NCBI GenBank assembly: GCA_050251055.1
Contig: JBFWNL010000012.1
Span: forward strand, 19,805-83,804
Direction: 5' to 3'
DNA: 64,000 bases
Origin: Bacteriovoracia bacterium
GTDB lineage: Bacteria; Bdellovibrionota; UBA1018; JBFWNL01
In this document: positions 16,388-27,062 of the stretch, one piece after another
Numbering within the stretch: position 1 is the stretch's first letter
Layout: each line of letters begins with the position of its first letter
Position numbers and translations under genes: made by a program
Notes under the pieces: generated by a model
The model's input: the letters and a program-made list of their open reading frames with translations, nothing else
What the model was told of the DNA's origin: nothing
Database searches by the model: none

Positions 16388-19300
16388 TCAGCTGCAACCC
16401 ATGCTGTTGCCGCAATTCAGGCACTTGTAGCACGCGCCGTTGCGGACGGTGGTGTGGCCACAGCCGTCGCAAGGAGGCGCATCGCCCATCATTTCCGCCA
16501 GCTGCGAACCCAAACCGAGCTCCATCTGCGAAACGTTTCCCGGTAGGTCAATGCCGCTGGCGATTTGCGCCGCCGGATCGGCCGGGATCATCTGCGAAGC
16601 GGGCTTATCCGCCGACAGGTCCACCGGAGATACTTCCGGCTTCACTTGCAGGAAGTCCGTACGTCCCAGATATTCCATACCGAGCACGCGGAAGAGATAG
16701 TCGACGACCGAAGTCGCCATCTTCACGTTCGGATGGCCCTTCACCATGCCGGAGGGTTCGAAACGCGTGAACGTGAACTTATTCACGAACTCACGCAGCG
16801 GAACCCCGTACTGGAGGCCCAAGCTCACGGCGATGGCAAAGCAATTCATCATCGAACGATAAGCGGCGCCTTCCTTGTGCATGTCGATGAAGATTTCGCC
16901 CAAGGATCCGTTTTCGTACTCGCCCGTACGCAGGTAAAGCTTGTGGCCGCCCACTTCGGCTTCCTGCGTGAATCCGGCGCGCTTATTTGGCAAGCGGCGG
17001 CGAATCGGCGCGTACGTCATCTGCGCGGGCTGGGCGGCCGCAGCGGCGGCCGGCTTAGCTTCCGCTTTATCTTCGGATTTAGCCGTATCGGACTTCGTCG
17101 AAAGAGGCTGCGAGAGCTTGCAACCGTCGCGATAAAGCGCGATGGCCTTCAAGCCCAGCTTCCACGACTGGTAGTAGATGTCCTTGACATCTTCGACCGT
17201 CGACTCGTTCGGGATGTTCACGGTCTTGGAGATGGCGCCGGACAAGAAAGGCTGGGTAGCCGCCATCATCTTCACGTGGCCCATCGGCGCAATATAGCGC
17301 TGGCCCTTGGCGCCGCACTTGTTCGCGCAATCAAAGACCGCGAGGTGCTGATCCTTCACGTGCGGGGCGCCCTCGACCGTCATCGTACCGCAGATGACCT
17401 CGTTGGCTTCCCGAATCTGCGCTTCCGTCAGTCCCATCCAACGCAAGAAGTTGAACGTCGGCTTCTGGAAGATTTCGGCGGCGATGCCGATGCGTTTCAG
17501 CGTCTCGTCGCCAATGGCGAAACGGTGGAAGGCGCTCGACAGCTCGAAGGTGGAGGGCAGGGATTTTTCGATCTTGTCGATTTCACGATCGGTGAGGCCT
17601 TTCGACTTCAAGGTCTCGCGCGTGAGGAACGGCACGCCTTCCAAACTCATGGTTCCTAGAACGTAACGGATGATGTCTTCGATCTGCGGACGGCTGTAGC
17701 CCAAGTTCTTGAGCGCGAGCGGCACCGACTGGTTGACGATCTTGAAGTACCCGCCGCCGGCGAGCTTCTTGAACTTCACCAGCGCGAAGTCAGGCTCCAC
17801 GCCCGTCGTATCGCAATCCATCAGTAGACCGATCGTGCCCGTGGGGGCAAGCACCGTCACCTGCGAGTTCCGGTAGCCGTGCTTTTCACCCAGCGCGAGC
17901 GCCTGGTCCCAATCTTCGCGCGCGGCCAGGACCATGTCCTTCGGCGCCTTCGTTTCATCAATTTGGTAAGACGCCTGGCGATGCTGAGAAATCACCTTCA
18001 GCATGCTACGGCGGTTCTTCTCATACCCCGGAAACGCGCCCATCTGCGCGGCCTCTTCCGAGCTCACGGCGTAAGCGTGCCCACACATGATGGCGGTCAG
18101 GGCGCCGGCCCAGGCGCGGCCTTCTTCGCTGTCGTACGGAATCCCCTTCAACATGAGCAGCGTGCCCAGGTTCGCGTAGCCCAAACCCAACGGGCGATAA
18201 TCATGGGAGTTCTTCGCGATCTGCGCCGTCGGATAGCTCGAGAGATCGACCAGGATTTCCTGGGCGACGATGAACACGCGGCAGGCATGACGGTAAGCTT
18301 CGACGTCGAAACTGCCGTCTTCGCGCAAGAACTTCACGAGGTTCAACGACGCGAGGTTGCAAGCCGTGTCGTTCAAGAACATGTATTCCGAGCAGGGATT
18401 GGACGCGAAAATGCGGTCCGTATCCAAGCAGGTGTGCCAGTTGTTGATCGTGGTGTCGAATTGCAGCCCCGGATCGGCGCAGGCCCAAGCGGCCTCCCCT
18501 ACCTTGTTCCAGAGGTCGCGCGCCTTATAGGTGTTCGCGATCTCGCCGGTCGTGCGCATCTTCGTGGACCAGTCCTTATCCTGGTCGACGGCGCGCATGA
18601 ACTCATCGGTCACGCGCACGGAGTTATTCGAATTCTGCCCGGCGACGGTGCGGTACGCATCGCCGTTGAAATCGGAGCTATAGCCCGCGGCAATCAGGGC
18701 CGCGACCTTGCGCTCTTCACGGCTCTTCCACGTGATGAAATCTTCGATTTCGGGGTGGTCCATGTCGAGGCAGACCATCTTGGCCGCGCGGCGCGTGGTC
18801 CCGCCGGACTTCGTGGCGCCCGCGCCGCGATCAAACACTTCCAAGAAGCTCATCAGACCCGACGAGGTGCCGCCGCCCGAAAGCAACTCTTGCTTGCCGC
18901 GAATTTTCGAAAAGTTCGTACCCGTGCCCGAGCCGTACTTGAACAGGCGGGCTTCGTTCTTGAGCAAGTCGAACATCGACATGAGATCGTCATCGACCGA
19001 CTGAATGAAGCAAGCCGAGCACTGCGGATGCTCGTAAGCGTTCTTGGTTTGCTCGACCTTCTGGGTGTCGAAGCTCCAGGCGTGGTTACCGCCCGAGCCC
19101 TGAATCCCGTACTTGTGCCAAAGGCCCAAGTTGAACCACACGGGGGAGTTAAACGCCCCCAGCTGGTGGATCAGCATGTAGGAAAGTTCGTCTTCGAACG
19201 CTTGGGCCGCCGAAGCGTCGAAATAGCCGCGGCGCTCGCCTTCGTGGCGGATGGTATGCGCGAGGCGTTCCACGACCTGGCGCACGGAAGTTTCATGGGA

Positions 19301-19663
19301 CAGCTCGCCCTTAGCGTTGGGCACGCCCGCCTTACGGAAATACTTGGAAACGAGGATGTCGATCGCGAGCTGGCTCCAGCCGGCCGGGACCTCCACGTCC
19401 TTCATCTCAAATACAACTTTGGAATCGGTGTCTTTGATCGCGGAGGAAGCTTTACGGTATTCCACCTGATCGAGTGGGTTCTTACCGGCCTGGGTAAACT
19501 GGCGGGCGAACTTCAAACCGTGCGCGAGTTTGCTCGACTGCTTCGCGCCGGCCATACGCGCGCCCACGGGCTGCGTGTTCAAAATGGCTTTCTTCTTCGC
19601 TTCAGTGTGCTTCACGTTTTCTTTGGTACCGTCTTTTTCAGTGCTCTTCATGTTCACTTCCAT
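16388..19663 (-). CDS. nrdJ: Class II (adenosylcobalamin-dependent) ribonucleotide reductase
   Basis: [19 protein letters not shown], thiyl-radical NPCSE, APTGT, ISKTVN, YRDG, C-terminal TSCPD-like domain and CxxC..CxxC zinc ribbon. Confidence 0.96.
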   Translation of the reverse strand: MEVNMKSTEKDGTKENVKHTEAKKKAILNTQPVGARMAGAKQSSKLAHGLKFARQFTQAGKNPLDQVEYRKASSAIKDTDSKVVFEMKDVEVPAGWSQLAIDILVSKYFRKAGVPNAKGELSHETSVRQVVERLAHTIRHEGERRGYFDASAAQAFEDELSYMLIHQLGAFNSPVWFNLGLWHKYGIQGSGGNHAWSFDTQKVEQTKNAYEHPQCSACFIQSVDDDLMSMFDLLKNEARLFKYGSGTGTNFSKIRGKQELLSGGGTSSGLMSFLEVFDRGAGATKSGGTTRRAAKMVCLDMDHPEIEDFITWKSREERKVAALIAAGYSSDFNGDAYRTVAGQNSNNSVRVTDEFMRAVDQDKDWSTKMRTTGEIANTYKARDLWNKVGEAAWACADPGLQFDTTINNWHTCLDTDRIFASNPCSEYMFLNDTACNLASLNLVKFLREDGSFDVEAYRHACRVFIVAQEILVDLSSYPTAQIAKNSHDYRPLGLGYANLGTLLMLKGIPYDSEEGRAWAGALTAIMCGHAYAVSSEEAAQMGAFPGYEKNRRSMLKVISQHRQASYQIDETKAPKDMVLAAREDWDQALALGEKHGYRNSQVTVLAPTGTIGLLMDCDTTGVEPDFALVKFKKLAGGGYFKIVNQSVPLALKNLGYSRPQIEDIIRYVLGTMSLEGVPFLTRETLKSKGLTDREIDKIEKSLPSTFELSSAFHRFAIGDETLKRIGIAAEIFQKPTFNFLRWMGLTEAQIREANEVICGTMTVEGAPHVKDQHLAVFDCANKCGAKGQRYIAPMGHVKMMAATQPFLSGAISKTVNIPNESTVEDVKDIYYQSWKLGLKAIALYRDGCKLSQPLSTKSDTAKSEDKAEAKPAAAAAAQPAQMTYAPIRRRLPNKRAGFTQEAEVGGHKLYLRTGEYENGSLGEIFIDMHKEGAAYRSMMNCFAIAVSLGLQYGVPLREFVNKFTFTRFEPSGMVKGHPNVKMATSVVDYLFRVLGMEYLGRTDFLQVKPEVSPVDLSADKPASQMIPADPAAQIASGIDLPGNVSQMELGLGSQLAEMMGDAPPCDGCGHTTVRNGACYKCLNCGNSMGCS

Positions 19664-19894
19664 TCTCTCATCCCCCCGGATCGCGAATCACGTGGTCGCG
19701 ATCCAAAACTCCCCACAAAAAAATAAACAACCCTAGCTTCGGGACCGCCAACCATAAGCCTAAAGGCGAGCCGTTTGCCAGCTTTACGTCGTACTAGTTC
19801 TGTCTTGTGTCGGGTTACATCGAACCACTTGAAATCAAGACCGTCGTTTACTTGAAAATAGATTGAAGCGATTTTCCCGAATTGTCAAAACTGT

Positions 19895-19941
19895 GACCTA
19901 CATTTTGGGTGGCTCATTTTGAGCCCCACTACGGATAGTGT
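19895..19941. promoter_or_regulatory. Tandem NrdR boxes
   Basis: GACCTACATTTTGGGT (19895-19910) and CCACTACGGATAGTGT (19926-19941) match acaCwAtATaTwGtgt, starts 31 bp apart, upstream of nrdJ. Confidence 0.8.
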
Positions 19942-20068
19942 TTCAGCCCCCGCGTTAGGCGCCCGAAGAGACAGGGTTTTCTAAGACCATATAAGACAGA
20001 CAAAGGTCCTTATATTTTTAGAAGCTGGGTGTAAGCTCACCCCATCATTTGATCAATTACTCAATGCG

Positions 20069-21310
20069 TTATTGCACTGACAACTTGCGCAATCGCTCAA
20101 GAATAGGCGGGTGACTGTACTCAAGAAACACTTTCAGCGAGTGCGGATGCAAATTGGATAGATTCTCCACGCTTAGCTTCTTGAGCGCGAGCGCCAAATC
20201 CGCGGGTTTTTGCGTGGTTTTCGCGGCGTAGGCGTCGGCTTCGAATTCATGTTGGCGCGAAAGACCGGAAAAAAAGGCGGAAATCCACCGGGAAAGCGGG
20301 CCGTACAAAATCGTGAGCGCGACCAAGCTTCCGTACACGGACACGCGCTCGATCCCGAACGCGGCAAATAGCCGCGCGTCGTGCATGAGCAGCCCCACCA
20401 CGTAAAAGCTTAGTGCGCTGAAGCCTAACGAAATCAAAATCATCTTGAAGATATGTTTCAGCTGATAATGGCCGATTTCATGCGCGAGCACGCCGACGAG
20501 CTCGTCGACCGTGTGTTTTTGAATCAGCGTATCGAAGAGCACGATGCGTTTGGCGGCGCCAAAGCCCGTGAAAAACGCGTTCGCTTTCGACGAGCGCTTG
20601 GATCCGTCCATCGTAAAAATCCCGCTCATGCGGAAACCATGCTTCGCCGCGAACGCGTGCACCTTCTCCTTGAGTTCCCCCTCTGGAAGCGGGGTAAACC
20701 GATTGAAGAGCGGCATGATCCACGTGGGCGCGATAAAAACTAGGAGAAGCTGGAAAACCGCCAAGGCGGCCCAAGCGTAAAGCCACGCCCACTCTCCCGT
20801 CCGCTCGAAAAACCACAGTACTCCCGCGACGGCCACGCCGCCGATCAGAGCCGCCAAGATCGAACCCTTCACCAAATCCTGTGCGAAAGTAAGGGGGGTG
20901 GTGCGATTAAATCCGTAACGCTGTTCGATGACGAAGGTGGAATAAATCGCGAACGGCAACCTCAGGACGCGCGAAGCAACGGCAAGCGCGCCGATGTAAA
21001 ACAAGCCTACGGTGACCTCTCCCCCGCCCCAGGCGGCTCCCCACTCCCGCGCCCATACGTCCAACCGCTCAAAGCCACCCCAGCCCCAGAACGCGATGAA
21101 AATGGCGAGAAGGATTGCTCGATGGACGAGTCCAAAACGGGTCGTGTCGCGCAAATACGCTTGCGCCCGGGCATATTTATCGGCGGGATAGAGATCCCTG
21201 AATTCCGCCGGTACCTCGGCGCGCACATTGCTTAAATTCAATGCTTCGACGACAAGCTCGAAGAGAAAATCAACGATCAACCAGGCGATCAGGACATAGC
21301 CAAGCGTCAT
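20069..21310 (-). CDS. M48 family (Ste24/CAAX-type) membrane zinc metallopeptidase
   Basis: Multiple TM helices, DGSKRSSKANAFFTG, HEIGH, EFEAD, YSHPP. Confidence 0.93.
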   Translation of the reverse strand: MTLGYVLIAWLIVDFLFELVVEALNLSNVRAEVPAEFRDLYPADKYARAQAYLRDTTRFGLVHRAILLAIFIAFWGWGGFERLDVWAREWGAAWGGGEVTVGLFYIGALAVASRVLRLPFAIYSTFVIEQRYGFNRTTPLTFAQDLVKGSILAALIGGVAVAGVLWFFERTGEWAWLYAWAALAVFQLLLVFIAPTWIMPLFNRFTPLPEGELKEKVHAFAAKHGFRMSGIFTMDGSKRSSKANAFFTGFGAAKRIVLFDTLIQKHTVDELVGVLAHEIGHYQLKHIFKMILISLGFSALSFYVVGLLMHDARLFAAFGIERVSVYGSLVALTILYGPLSRWISAFFSGLSRQHEFEADAYAAKTTQKPADLALALKKLSVENLSNLHPHSLKVFLEYSHPPILERLRKLSVQ

Positions 21311-21347
21311 GGTCCAGCAGTATAGGCGAGATCGACGCGCGTAGCCA

Positions 21348-22880
21348 CTAGTAACGGATCGCGTTCAGATAGAGCCGCCGGATATTGGCATCGGCTAGGA
21401 AAGGGCTGTTACCGCCAGCATTGAAGTAAAAGCCGATGACTTCGCCCTTTTCGAACTTGCGCATCGCCACGGCGGGCATGCCCTTGTCGTCCTTCAGGAT
21501 CGGTAAGACCGGATTTTCCGCGAAGTTGCGCACCGGCCCTAGATTTCCGCCAATGCTAAAGCGAATAGGCGCGGTAAGACCAGCGGCTAAAGGGTGCTTA
21601 TCCTGGCCATCGAACGCAGTGAGGGTAACTTGCCGCGTGCCCGACGTGCTATCGCTCGAAAAAAGCGTGACGTCGGTCATCTTTGCCATGCGTCCGTTCT
21701 TCAGCTCGAAAGCGTTCCACTCCCCGTGGATAAAACGTCCGCCTGCCTTCACGAAATTCACGATCGCTTCTTGGCCGGCGACCGGCATATCGGTCCCGGA
21801 GGTCCCGCCGTTAAAATGGATCACCACGTCGGCGTCGGCGATCCCCACGCCGACAAACTGGGTTTCCTGCACCGCCGTGAGGGTGAGCTCGATATCGTCG
21901 TTGCCCTGGGTGAGGTATTGCGCGAAGGCCGCGGTCTGGGTGCCGTTTAGCACATCAAGGACGAGCAAAACGGCCTGCACGCGCTTGAGTACCATGCCAG
22001 CGGCCTGGGCCTCCTCCGTGGTCAGCGGCAAGAGCGAACGCTTAGTAAAGATTGCCGCCGCAAGCTTGGCCTTGGCCAGCGTACTGTCGCGAAAATCCGC
22101 CGCGTGCAGATCCGCGCCATCCATCATGGCATTATCGAGCGCGGCACCGCCGGCGCGCACCCGACGCAGCTTCGCCCCCTTGAAAGAAACGCCCCGCAGA
22201 TCCGCGCGCTCCAACACCGCCCCCGTCAAATCGGCCCGCTCTAGCGTCGAACGGGAGAAAACGCCCTGGCGAAACATCGCGCCCGTAAAGCTAGCTTGCG
22301 TCAACCCGGAATCAATGAACTTGGCCTGGGCCCCGGTGGCGGAGCTGAGGTTCGCCTCCTCGAGCTTACAACCGGTGAAACTCGCCCCATCGAGCTTCGC
22401 ACCCGAGAAGTTGGTTTTATTGAAGATTGAGTCCGTCGCCACGACGTCGGTGAGATCCGTGCCGCGGAAATCGGCGCCGGTGAAGTCGTTATTGACGAAG
22501 TGCATGTCGATGAGCTTCACGTTCTTTAGCACCGCGCCCTTAAAGCTCGCGCGGTCAAGTTTTGTCCCGTCGAGTTCGATGCCCGACAGAATGGCGGTTT
22601 CAAAGTTGGTCGCCGTGAGATTCGCTTGGGCGAACGTCGACTTCTGTAGGTCGGCCCCGATGAACTGCGATCCACTGAAGTCGATCCCGTTGAGGTTCAA
22701 GCGGCCGAGCACCACCCCGCGTAGGTCGCTGCATTGGCCCAGATAAGAAGGGTTCAGGCCCGGCTGTCCATTCGCATTCTGGCATTTCCCGTCGCGGTAC
22801 CGGTAACCCAAGTCTCCCGCCATCGCGTAACCCACCACCCATGCGTAGATCAGACCCACCACCGCCGCGCTTTTGATCAC
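21348..22880 (-). CDS. Secreted pentapeptide-repeat protein with C-terminal GATase-I/ThuA-like domain
   Basis: Signal peptide, long A(D/N)(F/L)xx array, C-terminal DVVIHFNG..FVKAGGRFIHGEW..HPL..G.VIGF; GTG start with GGAGG. Confidence 0.85.
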   Translation of the reverse strand: MIKSAAVVGLIYAWVVGYAMAGDLGYRYRDGKCQNANGQPGLNPSYLGQCSDLRGVVLGRLNLNGIDFSGSQFIGADLQKSTFAQANLTATNFETAILSGIELDGTKLDRASFKGAVLKNVKLIDMHFVNNDFTGADFRGTDLTDVVATDSIFNKTNFSGAKLDGASFTGCKLEEANLSSATGAQAKFIDSGLTQASFTGAMFRQGVFSRSTLERADLTGAVLERADLRGVSFKGAKLRRVRAGGAALDNAMMDGADLHAADFRDSTLAKAKLAAAIFTKRSLLPLTTEEAQAAGMVLKRVQAVLLVLDVLNGTQTAAFAQYLTQGNDDIELTLTAVQETQFVGVGIADADVVIHFNGGTSGTDMPVAGQEAIVNFVKAGGRFIHGEWNAFELKNGRMAKMTDVTLFSSDSTSGTRQVTLTAFDGQDKHPLAAGLTAPIRFSIGGNLGPVRNFAENPVLPILKDDKGMPAVAMRKFEKGEVIGFYFNAGGNSPFLADANIRRLYLNAIRY

Positions 22881-22904
22881 GTCTTCCTCCGTATCCTTCC
22901 GCCG

Positions 22905-24446
22905 CTAGAGATTCGCCGCATTCAAGTACAAGCGACGAATCGGCGCCAAATTCAAGCAAGTCCCACCGTTGAGGGTACAAGTAAAATAAAACCCTACCAC
23001 CTTACCCGCGCCAAACTTCCGTGTCACCACCGCAGGAATCCCCGCCGCATCCTTCATCAACACGGTTACGGGATCTTGGGCAAACGTACGGACGGTACCT
23101 GTCCTCATCCCCGCCACGCCATTCAGCGCCAGGGGCGCGCCGACGCCTTCGAGAAGCGGGTGCTTCTCTTGACCCGCTTCCGGGGTCAGCACGACTTTGC
23201 GGTCACCCGTCGTATCGGTGAGATCAAAAAGGCTCAAATCCCGCATCTGTTTCAAGGCGTTATTGAAACGAATCTCGTATCCGTTCCACTCGCCATGAAT
23301 GAAAATCCCCCCCGCCTGCACGAACGCCACCAACGCGAGCTGGCCCGCCTCCGGAATGTCGTTCGAAAACGTCGTGCCGTTGAAGTGAATCACGACGTCG
23401 TAGGGGGCCAGCGAGAGCTTGCCATCGAAGAGATATTCGGAATTCGGGGAGAAGGTCGCGTCGACTCCCTGCTCATTCAGGTGCTTGCCGAAATCCTTCA
23501 CCAGGTCCGACAACGTATCCCACAGGATCAGCGCCGCGACTGCCTTGCGGAAGACCATTCCCAGCTTCTCCGCTTCGGCTTGAGTTACGGGGAGCTGGGT
23601 GCGCTTGCTGAATATCGCTTGCTTGAAGTTCGCCTGCTCAAGCACGCAATCCATCAGATTGGCGCCGTGCAGGTCGGCTGCTTCGAAGCGAGCACCGGTT
23701 AACTTCGCCCCATTTAAGGCGACATGGCGCAGGCGGGCGCCGGCGAAAGCCGCGTTGGTGGCATTTGCCCGGGCCAGGTCGGCCCCATCCACGAGGCTGC
23801 GGGTAAAGCTCGCGCGCGAAAGGTCAGCGCCCGCGAGCTTCGCACCCCCGAGCTTGGCATCGGTGAAATCCGTTCCCGGAAAAGCAGTATCCTTGCCTAC
23901 CACGCCGCTCAAGTCGGCGCCGACGAACTTACAGTCGGTGAAACGGGCGGCATCGAGCTTCGCTCCCGAAAAAACCGCCTTATTGAAGTTGGAGGCGCTC
24001 GCCACGACGTCGGTCAAATCGGTGCCGCGAAAATCGGTTTCCGAAAAGTCGTTCCGCACGAATGGGGTTTCAATTACCTTAAGGTTCTTGAGTCCCGCCT
24101 TGCGGAAACTCGCGCCGTCTAAGGTCGTATTATCGAACTCAACCCCCGAGAGGACCGCGTTGTCGAAGTTCGCGCCCGTGAGATTCGACTGGGCGAAGGT
24201 GGATTTTTGGAGATCCGCACCGGTGAACTGGGCGCCGCTGAAGTCAATCCCGTTGAGATTCAGTCGTCCCAGCACCGTGCCACGTAGATCCCCGCATTGC
24301 CCCAGATACGAGGGATTCAGCCCGGCCTGTCCGTTCGCGTTCTGACACTTCCCTTCGCGATAGCGAAAGCCTTGGTCGGCCGCCTGGGCGCCCGGCGCCC
24401 ACAGCACCGCCGCCCCGAGTGCAATCCCTAGCGCTCGCTGAAACAT
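22905..24446 (-). CDS. Secreted pentapeptide-repeat protein with C-terminal GATase-I/ThuA-like domain (tandem paralog)
   Basis: Signal peptide ending AQA, pentapeptide array, near-identical N-cap YR.GKCQNANGQ.GLNPSYLGQC.DLRG. Confidence 0.85.
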   Translation of the reverse strand: MFQRALGIALGAAVLWAPGAQAADQGFRYREGKCQNANGQAGLNPSYLGQCGDLRGTVLGRLNLNGIDFSGAQFTGADLQKSTFAQSNLTGANFDNAVLSGVEFDNTTLDGASFRKAGLKNLKVIETPFVRNDFSETDFRGTDLTDVVASASNFNKAVFSGAKLDAARFTDCKFVGADLSGVVGKDTAFPGTDFTDAKLGGAKLAGADLSRASFTRSLVDGADLARANATNAAFAGARLRHVALNGAKLTGARFEAADLHGANLMDCVLEQANFKQAIFSKRTQLPVTQAEAEKLGMVFRKAVAALILWDTLSDLVKDFGKHLNEQGVDATFSPNSEYLFDGKLSLAPYDVVIHFNGTTFSNDIPEAGQLALVAFVQAGGIFIHGEWNGYEIRFNNALKQMRDLSLFDLTDTTGDRKVVLTPEAGQEKHPLLEGVGAPLALNGVAGMRTGTVRTFAQDPVTVLMKDAAGIPAVVTRKFGAGKVVGFYFTCTLNGGTCLNLAPIRRLYLNAANL

Positions 24447-24475
24447 GGTTTCGCCCTTTCCCTAGGCAAAGTTTT

Positions 24476-25612
24476 TTACTTCGACTTCCAAGCTTTGACC
24501 GCTTCGATATAGCTGAGAGATTCCGCTTCCGTGAGCTTGGGGTGCCCAAACAACCCGCGCGTGGGGTAAGCCACCCAGGCGGAAGACATCGGCAAGTTGT
24601 CGGTGAAGAGTTGCGTCGCCACCCGGCACAGATCTTCGGTGCCTTTGTTCAGGCTGAACACCTGGGTGCCCTTGGCGGCGCTGCCGTCCTTGTGGCAGTT
24701 CACGCACTTGGCCGAGTTGAGCACCGGCTGCATCTTCGCCGTGAACTTATCTAGGTTCATGCAAGCCATGGCGGCACCGGCTTCGGCGCGCACGAAAGAA
24801 ACGGTGAGCTTAGGATTAGCCAAGCCGTCCTTCATCAGGATTAGGGTCGCGCCGGAGAGAACCGGCGACGCGGTAGTGATGCTTCGATCACCGGCGACGG
24901 GCCAAAAATTGATGTTCTTGGCCACTCCCGCGTAGGCGTTCTCGATGCTGTCGTACTTGCCGTTGAGCAGGATCTTGATGTTCTCGACATAAATCGGCGC
25001 CACCCCGTTCACGATCCGAGGCGCCCGCAGACGGTAAGCACCCTTCACGCCGGTCGCCGCATCCACGAAATCCTGGATGTCGACCTGAAAGAGGGCGCCT
25101 CCAAAGCTGGCGTCGACGTCCTTGAGCGGGAACGAAAGCGTCGCGAAACCCGCGTCGGGCTTCGGCAGATTGACCGGCACGGCGAGCGGCGCCGTGAACA
25201 TCCGTCCGTTGCGCATGCAAGATTTCTCTCCACCATCCCACCACGCGGCCGAGGCCGCTTCGGCTTCCTTACCGGATTCGCCTTCGCAAGTTTCCAGGTT
25301 GCAGTGGCCATTACCCGCGCGGATTACGAGCAGCGACTCGGGAATCTGCGAGAAGTTCATGTAGTTCACGACGGTGTCGTAGCTCGCTTCCACGTCGCTC
25401 ACGGCGAACGCCGGCGCGTTCGGACGGCTGCCGTCGTGGCACTTCGCGCAGTCCTTGCGGATCTTCTTATATAGGGTGGACTGGAAAGACCGAAAGCCCT
25501 CTTCGCACGTCGCCCCAAACGCGGGCGCCGAAAGCACGCCCAACACGATCAGCAGACTCAAAACCCAAACCGGCAGACCCCGGCGGCAAATCGCCCTTGC
25601 CCCGACTTTCAT
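24476..25612 (-). CDS. Exported diheme c-type cytochrome domain protein
   Basis: Signal peptide; two CxxCH motifs (CAKCH, CVNCH), each followed later by GH. Confidence 0.8.
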   Translation of the reverse strand: MKVGARAICRRGLPVWVLSLLIVLGVLSAPAFGATCEEGFRSFQSTLYKKIRKDCAKCHDGSRPNAPAFAVSDVEASYDTVVNYMNFSQIPESLLVIRAGNGHCNLETCEGESGKEAEAASAAWWDGGEKSCMRNGRMFTAPLAVPVNLPKPDAGFATLSFPLKDVDASFGGALFQVDIQDFVDAATGVKGAYRLRAPRIVNGVAPIYVENIKILLNGKYDSIENAYAGVAKNINFWPVAGDRSITTASPVLSGATLILMKDGLANPKLTVSFVRAEAGAAMACMNLDKFTAKMQPVLNSAKCVNCHKDGSAAKGTQVFSLNKGTEDLCRVATQLFTDNLPMSSAWVAYPTRGLFGHPKLTEAESLSYIEAVKAWKSK

Positions 25613-25616
25613 GCCC

Positions 25617-27050
25617 TCACGCCCCGCCTTCGAAAATCAGGACGCTGTCAAGCTGACCCGCCCCCGTGAACACGCCCGGAGCCAGCGCCGCAAACTCGTT
25701 TAGCCGCCCTTGGACGTTGAGATAGTTCGCGAGCACGGCGTAACCCACCAGCGAGGGTTCTCCCCCGATGAGGGTGTTGCGCTCGGCGCCCTGACCATTG
25801 GTGTAATACCCCACCTGCTTGCGGATCATCTTGGGCGCGCCCTTCGGATTATAGTAACCGATAACGGTCATGCACTTGTCGCCGCTGTCGCCACGCCATT
25901 TGCGAGTGCCGACCTGAGCGTCCGTGCCGCCGTCCGTAAGAAGCTGGAAGAAGAAAGGCTTCTTCAAACGGTGCGCGAGCTCCACCGCGCGGCCGATCTG
26001 AATGCCCATCTCGCGGTCCTTGCCGTCCCCCGTCGTCTGCGTGCCGTCGTGGTAGTCGCAACCGCCCAGCGTCCATACGCTGGGGCCGGCCTGCGCCTTG
26101 AGGGTATTCATCGTCAACGAGGCGATCACCGCCGGGAGCGTACCCGGGTCCGTGTTGGCGTTGATGCCGTAAACCGCCTGCGCCTCCGTATCCAAGCGCG
26201 GATCGAGGCCCGCCACGTTATTCAGGAAGACCAGGCTCTTTTCGTAACCGCACTTGGAGAGCTCCTTGAGCACGTCGCCGTCGGTCTGGTCCAGGAAGTC
26301 CTCGGCCTGCTCGCGACTTAAGGTGATCCCGCTGTCGGCCATGGCTTTCATCTTGGGGACCTTGAAACCCTTGAAAGGCTGGCCGCCGAAATTCGTGGCG
26401 CCTAGCACGTCGTTCACGCTGCGAACGAAGGTAGGCTTGTAGGCGGCGCTAGCCACCACGGGGGCGCTGTTGCCGCCCGAAAGCGAATCGATCATCGAGA
26501 TCCCGTTGGACACGTACGCGCCGCGGAAACCCGCGCGCAGCGCAAGCGTGGCCGCGTTCATGCGATTGCCGCTCGTGTCGTCCTGCGCGAAGTGGCAGAA
26601 GCTCCCCATGCGCAGGTTGGCCCGCGCCTCGGGGCTCGCGTTCGTGAGAATGCCCTCGAGCAGCTTGCTGTACTTCGCCGACATCGGGATGCCGAAGTCG
26701 GTATTGAGCGCGCCCCCTTCCTTCGGGTTCCAACCCAGGAGATCGTACTTGGTAAGTAGATCTTCCGGGCCGCCCTTGAGGCCCACCAGGAAGTTCGCCG
26801 GAAGCGCGGCGCCGCCCGCCATGTCGAAAGCCATGAAGGGCACCATGCTGGAGCCGACATCGCCGCCGCAATCCGCGGCGCGGGCCTGCTTCAAGCCCCA
26901 GAGCAGCACGCTCGGCATGGCCGTGGCCGCGCTGAACGCGATCAAGCCGTGCGACAGGAAGTCCCGGCGCGTGACTAGCTTATGGTTGCCTTCGGAGAGG
27001 TGCTTCTTTAGCTGCGCGCTGATCTCGAATTTGGTCGATTTAAAGTTCAT
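25617..27050 (-). CDS. Tat-exported DUF1501-like protein
   Basis: Twin-arginine TRRDFL signal; FDMAGG, GGCDYHD and TDG motifs resembling DUF1501/alkaline-phosphatase-superfamily proteins. Confidence 0.65.
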   Translation of the reverse strand: MNFKSTKFEISAQLKKHLSEGNHKLVTRRDFLSHGLIAFSAATAMPSVLLWGLKQARAADCGGDVGSSMVPFMAFDMAGGAALPANFLVGLKGGPEDLLTKYDLLGWNPKEGGALNTDFGIPMSAKYSKLLEGILTNASPEARANLRMGSFCHFAQDDTSGNRMNAATLALRAGFRGAYVSNGISMIDSLSGGNSAPVVASAAYKPTFVRSVNDVLGATNFGGQPFKGFKVPKMKAMADSGITLSREQAEDFLDQTDGDVLKELSKCGYEKSLVFLNNVAGLDPRLDTEAQAVYGINANTDPGTLPAVIASLTMNTLKAQAGPSVWTLGGCDYHDGTQTTGDGKDREMGIQIGRAVELAHRLKKPFFFQLLTDGGTDAQVGTRKWRGDSGDKCMTVIGYYNPKGAPKMIRKQVGYYTNGQGAERNTLIGGEPSLVGYAVLANYLNVQGRLNEFAALAPGVFTGAGQLDSVLIFEGGA

Positions 27051-27062
27051 GGTCGCCTCCCC

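Noticed and set aside
17879-19726. 615-aa ORF on + strand
   Set aside because: Antisense shadow of nrdJ caused by GC-rich codon bias; no motifs
19741-19800. c-di-GMP-I riboswitch-like words (GACGTAAAGC, TATGGT) in the nrdJ leader
   Set aside because: The GGCAAA..GAAA tetraloop hairpin and element order do not fit; no cobalamin box recognised either
21436-24345. 436-aa and 248-aa + strand ORFs with periodic SAP/KLA motifs
   Set aside because: Mirror of the pentapeptide repeats on the opposite strand
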